IMG/VR virus record: IMGVR_UViG_3300025889_000261
Location: 1-41,313 of that record
Length of the DNA stretch: 41,313 nucleotides
Source: a virus
Lineage: Duplodnaviria; Caudoviricetes
Strand: one strand, 5' to 3'
The notes beneath the pieces are model-generated. The model saw only the letters and a list, made by a program, of their open reading frames with translations. It was not told where the DNA came from and did no database searches. This document shows, piece by piece, positions 36,047 through 41,313 of the stretch (position 1 is its first letter; each line of letters opens with the position of its first letter). The position numbers were made by a program, and so were the translations under genes.

Positions 36047-36214
36047 TTATTCGTATATTTCTATTTCAAGCGAACTGAAAAAATATCTAAATTGATAATA
36101 AAAATAGTAAGGTAATAATAAGCCTAGCGTAAATACTGAAAGAACTAATAAGCCAATACTTTTAACAAAATAGTCCCCAAAATGTCCTTTATATATAATT
36201 TTCCCCTTTTTCAT
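36047..36214 (-). CDS. 55-aa membrane protein coupled to the repressor (DUF898/DUF6693-like), missing from the ORF track
   Basis: MKKGKIIYKGHFGDYFVKSIGLLVLSVFTLGLLLPYYFYYQFRYFFSSLEIEIYE; TAATAATG junction after the repressor. Confidence 0.7.
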   Translation of the reverse strand: MKKGKIIYKGHFGDYFVKSIGLLVLSVFTLGLLLPYYFYYQFRYFFSSLEIEIYE

Positions 36215-36216
36215 TA

Positions 36217-36657
36217 TTACAAACCTTTTTTAATTTCATTCATAATTATTAAGAATGAATCCAACACAATATCATCTTGATCTATAAGATTATCTAGTAT
36301 AGATTTTATTTTTTCAACACGATCTGGCGTTGTAACTATATCTTTTATACCCAATTCATTTTCAAAATTATTTTTTCCTAGTAGTTTAAAACGAAGTTCA
36401 TCTATTTTTTCGATAAACTCAAGTTCTCCGTCTTTGGCTTTTTCTTCAAAAGCTAACACATACATTTTTAATCTTTCAGTATCATCTAACTTAAGTATGT
36501 CGCAAATTTCAACGACTTTTTCGTAAGATGGGGTTGTAGTTCTGTTATTTTCAACATTAGAAAAATAATTTTGAGTAACATTTAGTTTTTTACATAGATA
36601 ACTTTGAGTAACTCCTAGCTTTATCCTGTTTTTTTTTAGTAAATTACCAAATGTCAT
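36217..36657 (-). CDS. CI-like repressor (XRE HTH)
   Basis: 'FG.LLK..R..LG.TQ..L...L.VTQ.Y.S.VEN.R...PS.E.V..I..IL'; divergent from a cro-like gene; no evident S24 peptidase domain. Confidence 0.85.
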   Translation of the reverse strand: MTFGNLLKKNRIKLGVTQSYLCKKLNVTQNYFSNVENNRTTTPSYEKVVEICDILKLDDTERLKMYVLAFEEKAKDGELEFIEKIDELRFKLLGKNNFENELGIKDIVTTPDRVEKIKSILDNLIDQDDIVLDSFLIIMNEIKKGL

Positions 36658-36721
36658 ATTATCTCTTAATATTAATAATGATTAAAAATAGATCACTATT
36701 ATAAATTTAAATATCAATATA

Positions 36722-36783
36722 GTACAAATTAGTTTGTGCCATTATAGTTGACACTCCTATACTGGAAGTGATATATTTAACGT
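36722..36783 (+). promoter_or_regulatory. Early lytic promoter with adjacent candidate operator
   Basis: TTGACA-N18-(TGa)TATATT-N6-ATG; imperfect palindrome GTACAAA-TTAG-TTTGTGC at 36722-36739. Confidence 0.65.
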
Positions 36784-36996
36784 ATGTTTGCAGATGAATT
36801 TAAAAAATACAAAAAGAAAACAGGCTATTCAGACGAAAAAATAAAAACAATTATCTACGATAGAACAGGGAAGTCTTACAGTTTAAATACTATAAGAAAT
36901 TGGAAAACGAATAGAAGCGTTCCAAATTACAATGAGGGAATAAGGGTTCTTTCGTGTTTAAAAATAATTGATACATCAAAATCTATGAATGTTTAA
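36784..36996 (+). CDS. Cro-like HTH regulator
   Basis: 'YSLNTIRNW...RS.P' recognition helix; divergent from the repressor. Confidence 0.75.
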   Translation: MFADEFKKYKKKTGYSDEKIKTIIYDRTGKSYSLNTIRNWKTNRSVPNYNEGIRVLSCLKIIDTSKSMNV

Positions 36997-37053
36997 ATAC
37001 TCCTACATTAAGGTAGTATATTAAAATAGATAAAAATATAAAGGAGGTAAAAA

Positions 37054-37341
37054 ATGAATCCAAAAAAATTAATAGAAAAGGAGGAGCTAGTAAACGGATA
37101 CATGCAGAAATACGGCCCAACTGGACTATTATTTCTAGCAAAAGACTACATCGGCGAAGCGTCCCCAAACACATTAGTTGCATTTAAACCAATGTCGATG
37201 TCAATTCGCGAATTCATGAAAATTTTTGAAAAACTTGAGCCTATCAAAAAATACGACTTAAAAGGAGGAAACGGAGTTAGAAAACGTGTCTATAGCGTAA
37301 GTAAAATAATCGAAGAACTAAATAAATTTAAGGAGATTTAA
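37054..37341 (+). CDS. Hypothetical protein (possible excisionase-like)
   Basis: GGAGG SD; C-terminal wing-like 'GGNGVRKRVYS..KI'. Confidence 0.4.
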   Translation: MNPKKLIEKEELVNGYMQKYGPTGLLFLAKDYIGEASPNTLVAFKPMSMSIREFMKIFEKLEPIKKYDLKGGNGVRKRVYSVSKIIEELNKFKEI

Positions 37342-37342
37342 A

Positions 37343-37609
37343 ATGGGTAATAAAAATAAAAAAGCCCCAAACCGGCAAGTAAAGGGCTTTAATAAAGAAG
37401 AAAAAATATTAGATGAGAATAGTTTAGCACAAATTGAAAAACTAACAAGTATTCGAGTTTCTAATTCAGCATATACGCCATCAAGTGACGTTGTAAATAT
37501 GATGTATGGAATATTTGAAAATTTACTCACAATACAAAAATTTAAAACTGCAAGTGACGCATTCGATCAAAACAAAAAAATGATTGACGAAAAGAGGGTA
37601 AATAAATGA
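37343..37609 (+). CDS. Hypothetical protein
   Basis: AAGGAG SD; operon context. Confidence 0.65.
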   Translation: MGNKNKKAPNRQVKGFNKEEKILDENSLAQIEKLTSIRVSNSAYTPSSDVVNMMYGIFENLLTIQKFKTASDAFDQNKKMIDEKRVNK

Positions 37610-37857
37610 TGAGCCTCTTAAATCATAAAGTTTTAACAAATGAAAATATCAATGAAATTAAATTAATTCGCGCTGAAATGGAATTGAAATCAAGCGCAAT
37701 TGTAAGCGAAATATCAACTATTGCAAGTGAAACACTATCTATATCAAAACAATTAAAAAAACTACATAACACAACAATTTCACTTCAAAACCGTCTAAAT
37801 ACTTTAAAAACACTAAGAAAAAGATTGATGCTTAGTATTGAGGGGGAAAGAATATGA
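37606..37857 (+). CDS. Hypothetical coiled-coil protein
   Basis: ATGA overlap; heptad pattern. Confidence 0.6.
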   Translation: MMSLLNHKVLTNENINEIKLIRAEMELKSSAIVSEISTIASETLSISKQLKKLHNTTISLQNRLNTLKTLRKRLMLSIEGERI

Positions 37858-38219
37858 TTTTGGAAATATACACGACAAATAGCGCATGGGAAATTGTTTC
37901 TTATTTTAATGAATATTCACGAGAAAAAAGGACAATATATACATTAGAAGAATATATTGAAAATTACTTATACGACTTTTGTTGTGACTTCAAATTTGGC
38001 TTTAAACATTATTTAAATACTCAATTATTTTTGAATATTAATCACGAAGTCTACGACTTTATTTTTAAAATGGCACTTAACAACAATTTACCCCTTAATG
38101 ACGTTTTAGGATTTGGGGTATCTAAACTCTCATCAATTTTAGAAAAAGAAGTTGATTATTTATCAAAAATTGATAGAGATGAAGAAAGAAGTTTTCACGC
38201 GGCTTTACTAAGAATGTAA
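37854..38219 (+). CDS. Hypothetical protein
   Basis: ATGA overlap; GAGGGG SD. Confidence 0.6.
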   Translation: MILEIYTTNSAWEIVSYFNEYSREKRTIYTLEEYIENYLYDFCCDFKFGFKHYLNTQLFLNINHEVYDFIFKMALNNNLPLNDVLGFGVSKLSSILEKEVDYLSKIDRDEERSFHAALLRM

Positions 38220-38233
38220 AAAAGAGGATAAAA

Positions 38234-39136
38234 ATGAACAATAACAAATCAATAACAACTATAGATAGAATCGATGAAATACGAAGCGATTTATCAGTAC
38301 AAATAATGTCGCATTCAGGTTTACCAGAGTCGCTAAATAAAGAACGATTCATCGCGAACTCATACGAAGCCCTTAAAAATATTGAAAACATTGAAAAATA
38401 CAAAAAAGAATCTATAACGCAGGGGTTAGTTAAGGGCGCAATTATGGGTTTGGATTTCTTGAACAAAGAATGTTATTTGGTTCCGCGTGGATCTGAATTG
38501 ATTTTTCAGACTGACTATAAAGGCGAAAAGAAAATAGCACAAATGTATTCAATAAAAAAAATCAAAAACATTTTTGCAAACACTGTAAAAAAAGGCGATC
38601 GATTTGAATACACTGAGCGAGACGGTAAAAAAGAGTATAACTATTTTCCAGATCCATTCAGCAATGGGGAATTGATAGGTGCGTTTGCTGTTGTGAATTA
38701 TCAGGACGGCACAATTGACATAGAGATAATGTCAGCTCAAGAAATCGAGCAAGTTAGACGCGATTATTCAAGCGCACCGGAATCGAAAGCATGGAAGAAA
38801 AGCCCAGGGGAAATGTACAAAAAAACGGTAATACGAAGGCTTTGTAAGCACATCGAAATCCAATTTCAAAATCCAAAAATGATGGGAATTTGGGAGGATG
38901 AATCTGGTTTTGATTTTAAAGAAAAAAAACAGAAAGAATTATTCGAAGGTGACATTACAGACGTTAAATTTCCAAATACTGATAAATGCAAATATCCTGG
39001 TGTTTCTCCGCTTGATATAGACGATATGAATTATCTAAAAATGGTGGTTGATTTTGATAAAACTCCAGAACCATTGCGTCATGCATGTGAATTGAGGATA
39101 GCACAATTGGAGTCTAAAGATGTTATCGACGTCTAA
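38234..39136 (+). CDS. recT: RecT-family single-strand annealing protein
   Basis: 'A.MGLD....CYLVP......FQTDYKG', 'GAFAV', 'MS..EI..VR...S', 'W.....EM.KKTVIRRLCK'. Confidence 0.92.
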   Translation: MNNNKSITTIDRIDEIRSDLSVQIMSHSGLPESLNKERFIANSYEALKNIENIEKYKKESITQGLVKGAIMGLDFLNKECYLVPRGSELIFQTDYKGEKKIAQMYSIKKIKNIFANTVKKGDRFEYTERDGKKEYNYFPDPFSNGELIGAFAVVNYQDGTIDIEIMSAQEIEQVRRDYSSAPESKAWKKSPGEMYKKTVIRRLCKHIEIQFQNPKMMGIWEDESGFDFKEKKQKELFEGDITDVKFPNTDKCKYPGVSPLDIDDMNYLKMVVDFDKTPEPLRHACELRIAQLESKDVIDV

Positions 39137-39881
39137 TCCTTGCTATAGACAATCTCAAATATACAACTATTACGCTTGTCCCTACGCGTTTAATTTAAGT
39201 AGAAAGTTTAGCATTAAAACTACCCCCGCTATGGAATTCGGGTTGTTATTTGAAGGCTATTTATTTGGATTTAAAGATAACGTTGATCAAGCTGGAATTG
39301 AAAAAGGAAAGCTCAAAAAAACAATTGAAAAAATAAAATCACACGCCGATTTTTTAAGGCCTTATTTTATTTCCGGGGAATCACACGTTCGAAATCAATA
39401 TGATGATATCGATTACTCAATATCAGGCGAGTTTGATTATATCGGAGAGGCTATTGTTAATGGGCAAAATATTCGAGGAATATTCGATATAAAATACACG
39501 GCTGATATAAATAAAATATGGGAATCAAAAGAATACAAAAACGATTTCTTGCAAGCGTACGTGTATCCGTACATTCATCTTAAATTAACTGGCGAACTTC
39601 TACCATTTGTTTATTTCGTTTGTGAAAATAAATATGATCAATTGCTTTATAAAACATACGAATTTCATATGAAAATATCAGATATGGAGTGGATAGAAAG
39701 GTATATCAAAATGATTCACGACGACCCAATAAACCATCCGAATATTAACTCATGTCTCAATCAGGGCGATTATAAAAATGAAAGGTGTAAATATATGGAA
39801 TTTTGCGAATTCGGGAGGTCATTGTTGAGCGGAAATAAAATTATGAATACAGAGGATCTTTATCATGGAGTTTTACTATGA
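39120..39881 (+). CDS. PD-(D/E)xK exonuclease, Cas4/AddB-like (possible 4Fe-4S)
   Basis: 'S.I..Y.ACP', 'G.FDY', 'DIKY', 'Q...Y' and three C-terminal Cys (C..C.Y..FC); RecT partner. Confidence 0.8.
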   Translation: MLSTSNPCYRQSQIYNYYACPYAFNLSRKFSIKTTPAMEFGLLFEGYLFGFKDNVDQAGIEKGKLKKTIEKIKSHADFLRPYFISGESHVRNQYDDIDYSISGEFDYIGEAIVNGQNIRGIFDIKYTADINKIWESKEYKNDFLQAYVYPYIHLKLTGELLPFVYFVCENKYDQLLYKTYEFHMKISDMEWIERYIKMIHDDPINHPNINSCLNQGDYKNERCKYMEFCEFGRSLLSGNKIMNTEDLYHGVLL

Positions 39882-39893
39882 TGATAATAAAAA

Positions 39894-40124
39894 ATGACAA
39901 ATAAAAAATTAAATTCAAGGGATGATCTTTATGAAATTGAAAGCGATTTTGCTCAAATGCTAGATGATTTTTATATTAAATATAAACAAAAAATGCAATA
40001 TAAAGGGCCTCATAATTTGGGCGTAATGAAAGAATCCATAAAGACATTTATATCATTAAAATTTGATTTACTTTCTAGATATATAGATATGATTATTAAT
40101 GATGATGAAGGAGAAAAAAAATGA
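39894..40124 (+). CDS. Hypothetical protein
   Basis: 76 aa in the operon. Confidence 0.55.
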   Translation: MTNKKLNSRDDLYEIESDFAQMLDDFYIKYKQKMQYKGPHNLGVMKESIKTFISLKFDLLSRYIDMIINDDEGEKK

Positions 40125-40336
40125 AATTTAATCACAATAAATTAAAAGAAATAAGAACTAATAAAAATATAACAATGACGTCTCTTATGTTTAGTTTAGA
40201 TCAATGTGGTCTCAGATTGTCTCGTCAAACACTAGTTAATTGGGAAAATGGAAAAACAAATCCTGATGCTAATGATCTGGCTGTATTATCCTCATTTTAC
40301 GGCGTGAATATTTTAGAATTTTATTCTGAATATTAA
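40121..40336 (+). CDS. XRE-family HTH protein
   Basis: 'KLKEIR..K.IT', 'SRQTL.NWENGKT.P....L..L..FYGV'. Confidence 0.85.
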   Translation: MKFNHNKLKEIRTNKNITMTSLMFSLDQCGLRLSRQTLVNWENGKTNPDANDLAVLSSFYGVNILEFYSEY

Positions 40337-40367
40337 TAAAATTTATATTTAAAAAAGGTATTTAAAA

Positions 40368-41246
40368 ATGAATAAAGAATTAATCCATGAAAATGTAAAA
40401 ATAGAAATAATGAGAATACATCCAGATATGGCGGCCGAGATACTTGAAAAAAATATAAATAACAGAAATTTAAATTTTAAAAGAGTGAATTTTTTCTATA
40501 ATTTATTTAAAAGTGGTGATTTTATATTTAACGGCGACCCTATAAGAATTTCAGATGATGGAAATTTAATTGATGGGCAACATAGATTAAATGGGCTAAT
40601 CATGGCAAATAAAACGTTTGATTTTTTAGTTATAAAGGGTCTTAAACAAAATGTTATTTTAACAATTGATATGTCAGCAAATAGACATTTTTCAGATATA
40701 TTAAAAATAAAAGGGTATACGTATATATCCGCAATTTCATCATTAACCTCCGCTTTATATAAAATAAAAAATAATGAAGCATTAAATCATAAATATTTTG
40801 TTAGAACTAAATTAAATTTAATTAAATTAGATAGGTTTTTTGAATTGAACTCTGTTTTTATAGAAAAATGTGTAAAAAAATCAGATTCATATAGAAACTA
40901 TATTAAAAAACATAAAGGTTTAAAATATATGCCGTCTGTTTTTATGGTTTTTCATGCATTTAACACTCTTAATGGTAATGATTGTGAAGATTTTTTTCAA
41001 AGATTTTTTTTGGGAATAACAAATGATAATAAAGATCCCGTAATAAATCTTAGAAATATTTTTATTGATTCATTAATAGAAAATAAAAAATATTTTATTA
41101 AATTCGAACCTCAGTTGCATTTACTTTTAAGTGCCTTATTTAATCCTAATAAATATAAACATAATAAATATATAACAATGCAAATGATTATTAATGAATT
41201 TCCATTATTTTTTAATACTGAGAAATTAAATAATACAAATATTTAA
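40368..41246 (+). CDS. ParB/Srx-like N-terminal domain protein
   Basis: 'I.P.MA.E.L..N.NNR', 'NGDPI.I..DG.LIDGQHRL', 'TID....R' motifs. Confidence 0.8.
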   Translation: MNKELIHENVKIEIMRIHPDMAAEILEKNINNRNLNFKRVNFFYNLFKSGDFIFNGDPIRISDDGNLIDGQHRLNGLIMANKTFDFLVIKGLKQNVILTIDMSANRHFSDILKIKGYTYISAISSLTSALYKIKNNEALNHKYFVRTKLNLIKLDRFFELNSVFIEKCVKKSDSYRNYIKKHKGLKYMPSVFMVFHAFNTLNGNDCEDFFQRFFLGITNDNKDPVINLRNIFIDSLIENKKYFIKFEPQLHLLLSALFNPNKYKHNKYITMQMIINEFPLFFNTEKLNNTNI

Positions 41247-41313
41247 TCAATAAATATGAATAATGGATTTAAAAATGGAGGAAAAAAATGGAATCTAAAA
41301 AATATATAAATAG
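41187..41313. repeat. Terminal direct repeat, copy 2
   Basis: Identical to 1-127. Confidence 0.95.

Noticed and set aside
535-38466. Short antisense or alternate-frame ORFs in the track (e.g. 535..813, 1075..1275, 15950..16267, 20915..21241, 30481..30747, 38122..38466)
   Set aside because: They overlap well-supported genes and show no recognisable motifs; treated as shadow ORFs
41187-41313. 127-bp repeat as a biological terminal repeat (T7-like DTR)
   Set aside because: Its length equals a common assembler k-mer and it cuts through coding genes; it shows circularity, not physical ends
1-41313. Stop-codon reassignment
   Set aside because: Genes are intact and tightly packed under the standard code, with TAA, TAG and TGA all used as stops

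Overview
The window is most likely a complete, circularly assembled temperate podophage genome with a 41,186-bp unit (bases 1-127 recur exactly at 41187-41313). The minus strand carries a BPP-1/T7-like morphogenesis block: HTH, TerS, TerL, GNAT, portal, scaffold, major capsid, fibres, tail tubular A/B, three ejection proteins including a 2512-aa polyvalent protein, tailspike and lysis genes. The other arm has an attP carrying a tRNA-Leu-like 3' end, a tyrosine integrase, a cI/cro switch, a RecT plus Cas4-like exonuclease pair, ParB-like and SSB genes, and a replication initiator with internal iterons. The most novel-looking signal is a possible late-gene control system. Arrays of a G(A/C)C(A/T)CGC-like heptamer at 12-16 nt spacing lie just upstream of both the major capsid and large terminase genes. 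At the capsid gene the array ends in a hairpin that hides the Shine-Dalgarno, next to a 77-aa internally duplicated protein. Separately, two nearly identical non-consensus, near-leaderless promoter motifs sit 23 kb apart ahead of the head operon and the tailspike/lysis operon. All product calls come from motif recognition by eye; no database searches were run and the host cannot be named.
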